A stretch of DNA of 64,000 nt from Candidatus Poribacteria bacterium (GTDB taxonomy: Bacteria; Poribacteria; WGA-4E; WGA-3G), in assembly GCA_965205015.1 (NCBI GenBank), contig OZ242029.1, positions 5,056,001 through 5,120,000 of the forward strand, given 5' to 3'. Within the stretch, counting starts at the first letter, position 1; the number at the start of each line of letters is the position of its first letter. The notes under the pieces are model-generated. The model did not search any database. It was not told the origin of the DNA and saw only the letters and a program-made list of their open reading frames with translations. Below, piece after piece: positions 1 through 10,647 of this stretch. The position numbers and the translations under genes are program-made.

Positions 1-127
1 TTTAGCGAAACGCCTTAAAATCTCTGGTATGAAGTAAACCGATTAAAGGCAATTGCGTTATTATAATATCCCAAATTGCGACTCGTCAGTTGTTAAGAAC
101 GAACGATTTCAATCAAGAAGTATCTGT

Positions 128-168
128 AATCCTATAAATCCTTGAATCCTGCCAATCCTGATTCTGAC
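128..168. repeat. Short 9-bp-period AATCCT tandem repeat upstream of the TPR gene
   Basis: aatcctata-aatccttg-aatcctgcc-aatcctgat read directly from the sequence. Confidence 0.6.
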
Positions 169-185
169 AGTAAGGAGATCCCCTC

Positions 186-3100
186 ATGTTCGGACGAGAA
201 AAGCGCGCAATCGTCGTATGTGTATTGTATCTTGTCGCCTGCACCTTTTATCTTTCCTCAATGACCTTTGCCCAAGATGAAAAAATCATTGAACGCTATA
301 AGTTAATGCTCAGTCGTAACCCAAAAGAGGGAAGCACCTTTGACCGGCTCTATCAGTTTTATCTCGAAGGGGCGGGCTTAGATGCCATGATTGCCGATTA
401 TCAGGCGGAGGCAGAAGCCAAACCCAGCGATTCGAACATTCAACTCATCTTGGGGCACATCCACAAACGACTTGGCAAGGATATTGAAACCGTTAACGCA
501 TACCAGGGCGCTGTTAAACTTGCACCAAACGAGTATTATCCGCATTTCGCTTTGGGACAGATGTTCGCGACGTTGCGTCAGCATGAGGATGCAATTCGCG
601 AGTTAACGAAGGCCGCGGAACTCTCGGAACAGACACACGCAGCATCCCCCGAAGAATTAATGGAAATTTACAAAGCACTCGGGCGCGCCTATTTCAGCCG
701 GGACCGCGTGGACGAGGCGATTTCGGCATGGGGGAAAATTCCCGAACTCGACCCAGAAAATATCTTCTCCCGCATCGAACTCGCAGACCTCTTCCGAGAA
801 CAGGAACTCTATGAACAAGCCATCGCGCAGCATGAAGCGATTATTGGACTTAAGACAGACGATCCGTACCGGGTCTGTCTGAGCCTTCGGGACATCGGAA
901 ACATCCACGATGAGAAGGGCGATTATGAGGGGGCAATACAGAGTTACGATGCTGCAATGGCGTTGACGGCACCCGGCAATTGGCTACGGAAAGACCTTCA
1001 ACACCGCGTTATCGGTATCTACGCCGCTGATGGCAATTGGGAAGGTTTGATTGCGCACTATCAAAGGAAACTTGAAGACACACCGAACGACCCAGAATTG
1101 ATCGGCTTGTTGGCTTCCGCGTATATTGAAAACCAGCAGCTCGACGAAGGTATCGCCACCTATCAAAAAGCGGTGGCGCTCGCGCCGACAGACACGGGAA
1201 TTCGGTTAAACTTAATCACTGCCCTTCGCAGTGCTGAGAAACTCGAAGACGCAGCAACCGCTTACGAATCTCTCAGCGAGCAACAACCTGACGACTTCGG
1301 CATCTACCGCGAACTCGGTGAGTTGTATTTACAATTAGAGGACGAAGGCAAAGCAAGGGCAACATATCAGCGAATGCTTGACCGTGACCCCGAAAATGCC
1401 AGTACGCATCTCATCCTTGCTGAAATCTACGCTGGAAATGACTGGATAGACGCTGCCGTCGCAGCCTATCAAAAAACAATCTCACTTGAACCTAACACTC
1501 TCGATTATATTGAATATTTCGGTGAATTCTATTTCCGTCAGGGAAACCGTGAGAAAACTATAGAGACATGGAATCAGATGATTGCTGGGGACAGGACCAG
1601 CGCTGAGAATTATGACCGGTTGGCGCAGCTATTGGATGCCAAGAATTTTCCTGCCGAAGCCATTGTCGCACGTCGAAAAGCGGTTGAATTGGCACCCGAT
1701 TCCTATCCCTATCGTGAGGCATTGGCGCGGCAGCTCACAGAGAATAAAAACTACGACGAGGCGTTGGCAGAATATGCTGAAGCAGCCAAACTCGCACCAA
1801 ACGAATTTTTCGCCGAGCAGATGGCTGACCAGCAGATCGAAATCTATCGGCGGCAAGGGACGCTTATTGAGAAAATCGAGGCATTGGAGGCGGACCTCGA
1901 AAAGCCTGGGATTGCCGATGCTGACGCCTTCACGCAACAGAAGCAGCTTGCCAAGATGTACCTCAAGTTGGGCAATATCACTTATGCGATCGAAGTCCTT
2001 TTGAAAACAAAGGCACTCCACCCCGATGATGTCCTCGTCAATCGTTGGCTCGCAGAGGTCTATGACCAGCAGGGTTTGCGCGATGAAGCCAATGCCGTTT
2101 ATACGCACCTAATTGAAATCGATAGCGCGAATGCACGGGAATACTATGCAAACATTGCCCGCGCTGCTATGATCGTCATGGATTTTGATGCCTCGACGGA
2201 CGCGGCGAAGCAGGCCGTGGCGCACAGCCCACGCAATCCTGAAGGACATCAGATGCTCGCGCAGATCGCCAAACAGGTTGGAAAGTATCAGACAGCCATT
2301 GACAGCCTCAAACAAGCCAGTCGCCTGCGACCGGAGGCAACCAACATTCGTTCGGAACTCGCAGAGGTTTACAAACTTTCGGGGGAGACCCGGCAGGCGA
2401 TTGAGCAGTACTGGCGGTGCTGGGAATTGAGCGCGAGTGTCAATGATAAACTGGCATTCGTCAGACCGCTCTCTGAAGCATATTACGACTTGGGACGACG
2501 TAGCGAATTAGAAGAAAAGTTGAAGCAGATGTCAAGAACAAGCACTTCTATTGTAGGTCCGGTCGTTGCCTTGGCGGAACTCTATCAGATGGAGGGCGAC
2601 CTACCCAACGCACGTTTCCAACTCGCGCGAGCGTTAGACAGGGACCGCGAAAACCCGGATCTGTTAGCGCAGCTCGTCAAAGTCAGTCTTGACCTCGGCG
2701 ATACCCAAGAGGCACTCACCTATCAACAGCGGCTCGTCAAATCACAACCTGATCCCATCCACCGGCAACGACTCGGTGAACTGTTATTTGATACCGGACG
2801 CGAACAGGAGGCAATCCAAGCCTGGACGAAATTGCTACATGCCAAGAACCAACAGCTTGAGGCGGAGATTAAACTTGCAGCCTTACTCATCCGCCACGGG
2901 CTGCTTGATGAAGCCGTGTCTGTGCTCAACCGCGCATCGGAAAAGATAACAGGGGCAGACACCCATATTGCACTCTATCAACTCGGGGCAGCGTTGGTTC
3001 GGATGAATGAATTCGACCAAGCGCAACCCTACTTCCAACGGATTCTGGACATGCCCAAACCCTCTGAGCCTGCAACCCAGAACGTCACCGCGAGCGCATC

Positions 3101-6100
3101 CGGTTCATCATGGGGTCCCCCTGGAATCAATATACGCAGATTTGAGCTCCCACAACAACTCGTCTGGGACATTCAAGGACAATCCTTTGCCTCCAGGAGT
3201 GGACAACAGTGGACACCCAAAAGCTTTGAAGAGGCGCGAGCCGGCGCGCTCGTGCAATTGACAACAATCGCACAACAGCAGCGGAAATTGACGCAACTGA
3301 TCCAACAATTTGAAGCAGACGCCGACGCGAATCCGAAGAATATCCAGAATCTTGAAATATTGGTACAAATCTATACCTTGACGCAAAACACCGACAAAGC
3401 GAAGGAAACAATCAATCGATTGCTCGCTGTATCCCCGAACGATCCTGTCTATCAAAGCCTACGATTGAGTCGTTTACTACGGCAAGACGTTGATTATGAG
3501 ACTTTGAAGCAATACTTGGATGAGATAACCGGGCTAACAGTCGAGGCGCGACTCTGGTATACCGCTCTGTATGCCGGTGATTTCTATCGGCGTGGATGGA
3601 AGGCGGATGCCGAAAAACTCGTGACGGCGCTTGAGGCAGCACAGGTAACCAATCTCGGCACTGGTTCTATGCTCGTGGGAACACTCGCGCAGATGAACAG
3701 GACCGACGCAGCAGAGAGAATCCTCGCACAATTGCCGGTACCAGCACTCTCCACACGTCCCCAGAATTCGGCGATGGGACCGTTGTCACCCCTTCAGCAA
3801 CAATGGCGCCAATATACAAGTATCTATGAAAGTCTCGTCGATGCTTACGTTCGGGCGGAGCATATTGACAAAGCAGTCGGTCTGATTTGGACATTCTTTG
3901 AGCGGACGAAACCCTACGCGACAAATGCACGGCGCGTCTTGAGCATCGCACGCACCTCTCGCGCCTACGGGGGATATACACCCCTTCAGTCAAGCTACCC
4001 ATCTGCCACGACTCACTACGATCAGAACCGTTTGGAGTATCTCCAGCGGGTTTTCAGTCAATTGTGGACGGCGAATCGGCAGGACGCGTTGTACGCCAAA
4101 TTACAGACGGAGTTGGACATCGCGAAAGGCAGAGACCGTATTTATCCCGGCTTGGCATTGAGTTACTGCTATTGGTGGGAAGGACAGCGCGACAAAGCAC
4201 AAGAGGTTCTGTCAGCGTTGCAAAAGGAATTTTCCGATGATCTGACGCTCAAACTCAACACCGTTTTTGCTGCTATCCAGATAGGACAGCATGCCAAAGC
4301 ATTAGCGTTGCTTGAAGAACTCGCCGATGTAGATGCAAAAAACCGTCATCGGTATTATAACCTCACGCTCCAACTTGCCGCACATACGGGGGACACCGTT
4401 GCTGTCCGAGAGTTGGTAACAAAAGTACTGAATTCCCCGATCGGTGTTCGGGAACTGTATCAATTTTCACAAAAACTCCAACAGAGTGGACTCACGCAAT
4501 ACGCGATTCCGATCGCTAACAAAGCAGCCACCTTGGCAATGGCACAGCGCGATCCAAACTTCTTGATAGATTTAAGTCAACATTTAGAGGATTTAGGGCG
4601 CGGGAAAGATGCATCGCGTATCGCTGAACTCGCCTTGCGTTTCGCCAATCAGCGCGACCGGTACGGGCGGACGCTGTATGCCTGGCATTTTCAGCAAGCC
4701 TCTCGGATGGTGGGACGTTCCAAAGTCGTACGAGAACGCGAACCCCAATTGGTTGAAGCCGTCCAGAAAGCCCCAGATTCATTTCAGGCACGGGTTAGAT
4801 TGGCGACGTTCTATGAAAGTACCAATCAACTCAAACAGGCAGCAGACGCGTTTGAGGCAGCACTCACACTGCGCCCTAAAGACAGCATGACTCGAAAACG
4901 GTACGCCCAGATGCTGCAGCGAAGTGGACAGGCGAAAGCCGCTGTCACGCAATACAGGGCACTTCTCAAAGACAACCCGAATACACTCGGTTACAACTAT
5001 TGGGAGGTCATGGAGACCTTCTTCCAAGCAGGCGAAGTTGATGCGCTCGTTTCCATCGCCAAAGAAATGATCGCGCCATCTGTTGGCAGGAATTTCGGCA
5101 ACGATTTCGCTCGAAGCGCAGCACGCCAGTGTATTGAGAGTAACAGACCCAAAGCCGCCATTGAACTCTATGAAAAGATTGTTGAGGCGCAGCCTGACCA
5201 GACGCATACGTATGGCGATTTAGCGTCCGCCTATGCTGCCGCCGGTGAACCAGAGAAAGCGATCCAGTTCCTGCGTGAGAAACTGGAAACCGAAAATGCA
5301 AGACTGATACAAGACGCTTATGCACACGTCCAAATTGTATCCAAACTCACCGAACTCTATAAAACGTCAGGTGGGTTAGAAACATGGGTAACGGAGTATG
5401 CGGCGAAACTCGCTGAGAAACCGGAAGACCCCGCATTGATCTACCTCGTTGCCACAATGAAAATCGCAGCGGACGACCTCGACGGGGCAGATACACTCGT
5501 TAACCAACTCCTTGATGACCCGACGCCAGTGAACTCACGATGGATAAGCGGGCTTGCGGATGCCTATCGGTCCGCGAATGACCGAGACCGTGAACGGCGT
5601 CTGCTTGAATCCGCACTCGCAAAGATCGGTCCGCAGGATACGTGGGGACTCTCGGAAAACTACCAAAAACTCGGCACAGTCTACGCCCGACAAGACGAGA
5701 AAGCGAAAGCACAGGATGCCTTCCGTAAGATGGGGACCCTCCGGCTGCTACGAGGCGGCGGTTTCTACGAGAAAGAGCAGATAGCCAATACTTACATGCA
5801 ACATGAGATGTGGGACGATGCCGAAGCACTTTTCAATGAAATCATCAATGATTTCTCAGCCCAACAGTGGACTCGCCAACAGGTACAGCGACAGTTGATG
5901 GAGATTCAACGCCGCCGCGACGCATCAACAATGGCAACCCGAACGCCTGAAGAACCACCGAAATTCAACGTCGGGATGCAGCGAACATTGGCACAACAAC
6001 ATGCCCAGCGCGGTCAGGTCAAGAAAGCTATTGATATTTATGAGCAGATTGAAAAAGTGATGCCTGAAGACCTTGAATCACGGGCACAGCTCGCAACGCT

Positions 6101-9002
6101 CTATTCACGTCAGAATAAGCACGATAAGGCGGTCGATATCTGGAAAGCCTTACTCGAAGCCGATCCGGAGAATACCAAGTACCAGGACGGACTCGTTGAT
6201 ACCTACCAAGACGCTGATAAAACCGATGAAGCCGTTGAACTCGCCCAACAATACATCGCATCGGATCCGGAAAGTAGTGTCCACCATATCCGGCTTGCTG
6301 GACTCTACGCTGCCGACGATCAGGTAGATGCGGCTATTGCCACCTATGAGAAAGCGATTGAACTCGGGATCGGCGATGGAGCGGCGTATCTCAAGTTGGC
6401 GCAGCTTCATCTTCGGAAAAATAACCTCGATGCCGCCGAAAAAGCGTTTGAAGAAGCCATTCAACACACCGGACAGGAGTGGGAACGGCGGAATATCGAG
6501 CAGCAGCTGATGAGTCTTTACCGCCGGCAGGGCAAGTTGGAAGGTATGCTAAAGCAAGCAGAAGACGCAGGCACGTTGACGCTTGAGATGCAGCAGGAAC
6601 GTGCCAGAGAATACCGGAACGCTGGGGAATTGGAAAAAGCCGTCACTGCTTACAAGAAAGCGTTGGAGATGACATCCCAAAGCTGGGATCGGGGGGAACT
6701 TTCTAATGAGTTACTGCAAGTATACGCCCAACTCGGTGAGAACGATTCGGCGATAGAACTCTATGAAACACAGTCTCAGTCTCGTTCAATGGGAATGTCA
6801 ATCCACCACGGACCATTGGGCATCAAAGTGATGTTCGGTGGTGATGAGGCACGTGAAACCTTGATTAACGCCTATAAGAATCAAGGGAAACTTGAAGCGT
6901 TGCGGGTTATTTTTGAAGGTAGGCTCGAAAAAGATGCGGATAATCCAGCGCTGCTCGAGATGCTCGCTGAAATTCACCGGAATGCCAACAATCATGAAAA
7001 GGCAGCGGAAGCCTATCAGACACTCTGCAAAGCACAACCCAGCAATGTCCGTAGTTTTTACTATGCTGCCGCCGCCCTCCATAAAAGTAACCAACCGGAT
7101 CTGGCGAAAGAATTGATGAAGCAAGGCGAGGTCGCGCTTGCAGCAAATACTCGCAGTCAGGATATGTGGTTTCTCGCAGCACTCGCCTCTATCTGTGTTG
7201 AAGGTGAGATGTATGACCCCGCTATCAAATTCGTCGAAGATGCGATCGCGGCAAGTTCAAGATACGGGGGATTCTCGTCGGGGATCGGGGATTTATACGG
7301 GATTCTTGGGAAAAGTTACTTAGGCACAAAACAGTACGAGCAAGCCGCCAATGCGTATCAGCAGATGGTGAACCGCTCCAGACACAATTATGAGCGGGAG
7401 AAGGCAGAAGCCGGTTTACGTCGAGCACATATAGAAGGCAACCTTTATGAAAAACAGATTCCCGAGCGGTTGCAGCGCGTTGAGGAAAATCCTGAGGATC
7501 CCGATATCCGCTTCGACCTCGCCCAAACTTACGAGTGGAGTGATAGAGTTGACGAGGCAATCGCGCAATACGAAAAAATCGTCGAACTCCAGCCCGACAC
7601 CGCCGAATGGCACAAAAAGATTGGGGATCTCACTCGAAAATCGCGGCAGGCAGACGAAGCGACTCGACTGGCAAAGGCGAGTGCTGCCTATGAAAAAGCA
7701 ATTGAACTTGAACCGACCTCGTATGAATTTTATAGCCTGCTGGCACAGACTTACGTGAAAAGTGAGCGATTCTCAGATGCTGAAGGGGTGTATCGTCGCG
7801 CGCTGGATGCTTCTCTTGAGGAACGCGACTATAATAGGGCACTCCGGGGCATTTGGGAACTTTACGCTGACACCGAGCAAAACGACAAAGGCATCACTGC
7901 CCTTGAAGAACTGAAACCGAAAATGAAGAAAAATGCCGTGCTTCTTGAACTGTTGGGGGATGCCTACAAGGAGGCGGATAATACCGAAAAATCAGATGCT
8001 GTCTACGCTGAATGGCTGGCGATTCGACAGAAAGAGGTGAACCGGACGCAACGCGAGTGGGACTATCGTCAGCTTGCCGGTCAACTTCTCGGAAAAGGGA
8101 TTATGCCGGAGAAGGCGTTGGAACTCGCCGAGCGCGCCTCACAAATGAGGAGCGATTGGAATTTCGCCTTAACCTTGGGACACGCTTATCTCGCGAACGA
8201 CCGCTATGAGGCGGCGCTTGAACAATTCACACGCGGTATGAACAGCATAGGACAGCAGAGACACATCATACCCACGGATATGGCGAGGCAGTTTTGGACA
8301 CGCATTGCACAAACCGGCAAAAACGCCAAGGACGAAGGGCGTTACGTTGACATAGTAAACCGACTGGTAGCCCTGCCTTCTGGTCAGCCAACGACCCAGT
8401 TGTATGCCAATGTGGCACTGGCACAATTTTATCATGAACGCGATCTCCCTGAGAAAGCAAAAGCGTATATGGATAAAACCGCCTTCATCGCTGAAAATGC
8501 ATGGTGGATTATCGGTCCATTTGACAATGCCGATGGAATCGGATATAATAAAGTTTACATTCCAGAGACCGAGACGCAGCTTGACACAACTGCGACATAC
8601 GATGGGATAGAGGGACAGGTGCACTGGAAGAAGCAGGCAGATGATACTTTTGATGGTTTTATCGATTTCCGAAAAATCTTTGACGAAAATGTCAATTGGA
8701 ACACCGCTTATGCATGGACAACCGTCAATTCACCCGATGAACGGGAAGCGCAACTCCGCTTCGGTAGTGGAACGCAGGCGAAACTCTGGTTAAACGGCGA
8801 AGAGGTGTTTACGCACAGTGACGTTCATACGCCAGTGGTGGATCAGGACACGATTCCAATAACCCTCAAGGCGGGTAAAAACAGTATCCTCGTCAAGGTC
8901 TGTGGTGAGATGTACGGTTTAGGATTCTACCTGCGCCTGACGGATAGGGACGGAAGGCCTTTTGTGGATGGGGTATTGATAAGGGATTCCACAAACGAGT
9001 AA
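186..9002 (+). CDS. Giant exported tetratricopeptide-repeat protein (2938 aa) with a C-terminal beta-sandwich (PA14/jelly-roll-like) domain
   Basis: SD AAGGAG upstream; hydrophobic N-terminus; dozens of TPR-like units (A...Y.KA..L.P); C-terminal WWIIGPFDN...AKLWLNGEEVF...LKAGKNSILVKV segment. Confidence 0.9.
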   Translation: MFGREKRAIVVCVLYLVACTFYLSSMTFAQDEKIIERYKLMLSRNPKEGSTFDRLYQFYLEGAGLDAMIADYQAEAEAKPSDSNIQLILGHIHKRLGKDIETVNAYQGAVKLAPNEYYPHFALGQMFATLRQHEDAIRELTKAAELSEQTHAASPEELMEIYKALGRAYFSRDRVDEAISAWGKIPELDPENIFSRIELADLFREQELYEQAIAQHEAIIGLKTDDPYRVCLSLRDIGNIHDEKGDYEGAIQSYDAAMALTAPGNWLRKDLQHRVIGIYAADGNWEGLIAHYQRKLEDTPNDPELIGLLASAYIENQQLDEGIATYQKAVALAPTDTGIRLNLITALRSAEKLEDAATAYESLSEQQPDDFGIYRELGELYLQLEDEGKARATYQRMLDRDPENASTHLILAEIYAGNDWIDAAVAAYQKTISLEPNTLDYIEYFGEFYFRQGNREKTIETWNQMIAGDRTSAENYDRLAQLLDAKNFPAEAIVARRKAVELAPDSYPYREALARQLTENKNYDEALAEYAEAAKLAPNEFFAEQMADQQIEIYRRQGTLIEKIEALEADLEKPGIADADAFTQQKQLAKMYLKLGNITYAIEVLLKTKALHPDDVLVNRWLAEVYDQQGLRDEANAVYTHLIEIDSANAREYYANIARAAMIVMDFDASTDAAKQAVAHSPRNPEGHQMLAQIAKQVGKYQTAIDSLKQASRLRPEATNIRSELAEVYKLSGETRQAIEQYWRCWELSASVNDKLAFVRPLSEAYYDLGRRSELEEKLKQMSRTSTSIVGPVVALAELYQMEGDLPNARFQLARALDRDRENPDLLAQLVKVSLDLGDTQEALTYQQRLVKSQPDPIHRQRLGELLFDTGREQEAIQAWTKLLHAKNQQLEAEIKLAALLIRHGLLDEAVSVLNRASEKITGADTHIALYQLGAALVRMNEFDQAQPYFQRILDMPKPSEPATQNVTASASGSSWGPPGINIRRFELPQQLVWDIQGQSFASRSGQQWTPKSFEEARAGALVQLTTIAQQQRKLTQLIQQFEADADANPKNIQNLEILVQIYTLTQNTDKAKETINRLLAVSPNDPVYQSLRLSRLLRQDVDYETLKQYLDEITGLTVEARLWYTALYAGDFYRRGWKADAEKLVTALEAAQVTNLGTGSMLVGTLAQMNRTDAAERILAQLPVPALSTRPQNSAMGPLSPLQQQWRQYTSIYESLVDAYVRAEHIDKAVGLIWTFFERTKPYATNARRVLSIARTSRAYGGYTPLQSSYPSATTHYDQNRLEYLQRVFSQLWTANRQDALYAKLQTELDIAKGRDRIYPGLALSYCYWWEGQRDKAQEVLSALQKEFSDDLTLKLNTVFAAIQIGQHAKALALLEELADVDAKNRHRYYNLTLQLAAHTGDTVAVRELVTKVLNSPIGVRELYQFSQKLQQSGLTQYAIPIANKAATLAMAQRDPNFLIDLSQHLEDLGRGKDASRIAELALRFANQRDRYGRTLYAWHFQQASRMVGRSKVVREREPQLVEAVQKAPDSFQARVRLATFYESTNQLKQAADAFEAALTLRPKDSMTRKRYAQMLQRSGQAKAAVTQYRALLKDNPNTLGYNYWEVMETFFQAGEVDALVSIAKEMIAPSVGRNFGNDFARSAARQCIESNRPKAAIELYEKIVEAQPDQTHTYGDLASAYAAAGEPEKAIQFLREKLETENARLIQDAYAHVQIVSKLTELYKTSGGLETWVTEYAAKLAEKPEDPALIYLVATMKIAADDLDGADTLVNQLLDDPTPVNSRWISGLADAYRSANDRDRERRLLESALAKIGPQDTWGLSENYQKLGTVYARQDEKAKAQDAFRKMGTLRLLRGGGFYEKEQIANTYMQHEMWDDAEALFNEIINDFSAQQWTRQQVQRQLMEIQRRRDASTMATRTPEEPPKFNVGMQRTLAQQHAQRGQVKKAIDIYEQIEKVMPEDLESRAQLATLYSRQNKHDKAVDIWKALLEADPENTKYQDGLVDTYQDADKTDEAVELAQQYIASDPESSVHHIRLAGLYAADDQVDAAIATYEKAIELGIGDGAAYLKLAQLHLRKNNLDAAEKAFEEAIQHTGQEWERRNIEQQLMSLYRRQGKLEGMLKQAEDAGTLTLEMQQERAREYRNAGELEKAVTAYKKALEMTSQSWDRGELSNELLQVYAQLGENDSAIELYETQSQSRSMGMSIHHGPLGIKVMFGGDEARETLINAYKNQGKLEALRVIFEGRLEKDADNPALLEMLAEIHRNANNHEKAAEAYQTLCKAQPSNVRSFYYAAAALHKSNQPDLAKELMKQGEVALAANTRSQDMWFLAALASICVEGEMYDPAIKFVEDAIAASSRYGGFSSGIGDLYGILGKSYLGTKQYEQAANAYQQMVNRSRHNYEREKAEAGLRRAHIEGNLYEKQIPERLQRVEENPEDPDIRFDLAQTYEWSDRVDEAIAQYEKIVELQPDTAEWHKKIGDLTRKSRQADEATRLAKASAAYEKAIELEPTSYEFYSLLAQTYVKSERFSDAEGVYRRALDASLEERDYNRALRGIWELYADTEQNDKGITALEELKPKMKKNAVLLELLGDAYKEADNTEKSDAVYAEWLAIRQKEVNRTQREWDYRQLAGQLLGKGIMPEKALELAERASQMRSDWNFALTLGHAYLANDRYEAALEQFTRGMNSIGQQRHIIPTDMARQFWTRIAQTGKNAKDEGRYVDIVNRLVALPSGQPTTQLYANVALAQFYHERDLPEKAKAYMDKTAFIAENAWWIIGPFDNADGIGYNKVYIPETETQLDTTATYDGIEGQVHWKKQADDTFDGFIDFRKIFDENVNWNTAYAWTTVNSPDEREAQLRFGSGTQAKLWLNGEEVFTHSDVHTPVVDQDTIPITLKAGKNSILVKVCGEMYGLGFYLRLTDRDGRPFVDGVLIRDSTNE

Positions 9003-9041
9003 CCCCGTGAAGATGTTTATATTCTAAAATGGAGGCACCTC

Positions 9042-10523
9042 ATGCCAGAAAAATTAATTCTCGAAAAAATTCAGCGTGTCCGACACCGTTTGAACGTCCA
9101 ACGCTATTTTCAGACCTTCGCGACGTTCCTCTTCTACGGATTTCTGGCGTGTATCCCTGTGGTCATTGTTGATAGTGTTGTCGCATCCTTTAACGTCCCA
9201 CCCTTCGTTTTTCTCTGGGTGGCACTCGGGATCGCCGTAGGTGCTGTGGCGGTTCGTCTCATTCGACCCGTGAGTCTCTACGAGGCGGCGCGGACAATTG
9301 ACACGGGCGCGTCTCTTAAAGATCGCGTCGTCAGCGGCTTGGAGCAGATTCAACAGAGAATCGATGCGCCTCTGACGGCACTTCAAATTCAGGATACCTC
9401 TAACAAATTGCGAGCGGTCCCCGTGAATCAGGTCGCCCGCTACGCCGTGCCGCGTGAAACGAAGTTCATCGCACTCGTCGCCGTATTTCTCGTCGCTTTT
9501 TCGTTCGTTGAATTTTTCGCACCCCCAGCGACCTCAACGGAGATTGACTTTTCACCACAAATCGCAGCCGAAGCAGATACACTGTTAAAACGGATTGAAG
9601 CGGCAAAAAAGGATGCGGAACAGAATGAAGACGCTGAACTTGAGGAACTCTTGAAAGAACTTGAAAAAAGGGCACTTGAATTAAAGAAACCACAGATTAC
9701 CCCTAAGGAAGCACTTGCCAGAATGACGGAGCTGAGTGCGCTCTTAAAAACGAAGGTCGATCCGCTTAAGATGGCACAACAGCAGGAGCTTATGAAAGGG
9801 TTGGGGCAGCAATTCATCGGCAATCCGTATCTGGGTGAATTCGGGCACCAACTGAAACGCGGCGATTATCAACAGGCGGCGACAGAACTTGACGATCTAA
9901 CAAAAAAACTTCCAGAATTCGACAAGGAGAAACGCCGAAACCTTGCCGACGAACTCACGCGTGGGGGCAACAGTCTACAAAGCACAGAACTTGATGGACT
10001 TGGAGCGGAGCTGTCAGGAGCGGGAGAAGGTTTGGCAGTTGATGACGTTGAGGGTGCGCAAACGCGGCTCCGTGCATCGATCAAAAAGATTCGCAATCTC
10101 GATCTGCTCAGGAATCGAAACTCGCGGTTGGCGCAGTTACTGTCCGAGTGTGAGGCTTGCAAAGCAGGTGTTGCTGCCGCTTGTAACGGCAAAGGAATTA
10201 ATAAGGCTACGGGGTTAACCTATGCCTTGAGTACTACGCCGGGGGCCGGTATTGGCAACAAAACGTCCGCGAGTCAACTCGGTCAATTGACCTCACTCGA
10301 CGCCATCTTAAATCTTGAACAGATCACCGGTGTCCAGGGAGAAGGCACTGCTACTGTTCAAACCTCTAAGACCTCCGCAGAAGGACAGCAATCCGCTGTG
10401 AGTTATAAAGAAGCCTACACAAAGTACCAGAAACTCTCCGAGGATGCTCTCACCCAAGAACAAATCCCCTTAGGGTATAAGTTTTACGTGAAACGCTACT
10501 TTGAATCGATTAAACCTGAATAG
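9042..10523 (+). CDS. Membrane protein with long coiled coil, MoxR-operon associated
   Basis: SD GGAGG; three hydrophobic segments; helical E/K/L/Q-rich region; C-terminal IPLGYKFYVKRYF motif. Confidence 0.75.
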   Translation: MPEKLILEKIQRVRHRLNVQRYFQTFATFLFYGFLACIPVVIVDSVVASFNVPPFVFLWVALGIAVGAVAVRLIRPVSLYEAARTIDTGASLKDRVVSGLEQIQQRIDAPLTALQIQDTSNKLRAVPVNQVARYAVPRETKFIALVAVFLVAFSFVEFFAPPATSTEIDFSPQIAAEADTLLKRIEAAKKDAEQNEDAELEELLKELEKRALELKKPQITPKEALARMTELSALLKTKVDPLKMAQQQELMKGLGQQFIGNPYLGEFGHQLKRGDYQQAATELDDLTKKLPEFDKEKRRNLADELTRGGNSLQSTELDGLGAELSGAGEGLAVDDVEGAQTRLRASIKKIRNLDLLRNRNSRLAQLLSECEACKAGVAAACNGKGINKATGLTYALSTTPGAGIGNKTSASQLGQLTSLDAILNLEQITGVQGEGTATVQTSKTSAEGQQSAVSYKEAYTKYQKLSEDALTQEQIPLGYKFYVKRYFESIKPE

Positions 10524-10630
10524 TTATCGGTGTGCATTGCTACGCAATGCTTTCGGTTATCGGTTACAAAGGGGGTTTGTTAAACGAAAGTCCCTTAACC
10601 GACAACTGTTCTTCCGACGACTGACGACCA
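10523..10630. repeat. Intergenic palindromic element (TCGGTT...AACCGA family)
   Basis: gttatcggtt...aaccgacaac arms; reverse complement resembles 60801-60852. Confidence 0.6.
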
Positions 10631-10647
10631 TTTTCATAGGGGGCAAC

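Noticed and set aside
10501-10647. N-terminal extension of MoxR in the ORF track
   Set aside because: It runs through an intergenic palindrome; ATG 10648 has an SD and gives a typical MoxR length
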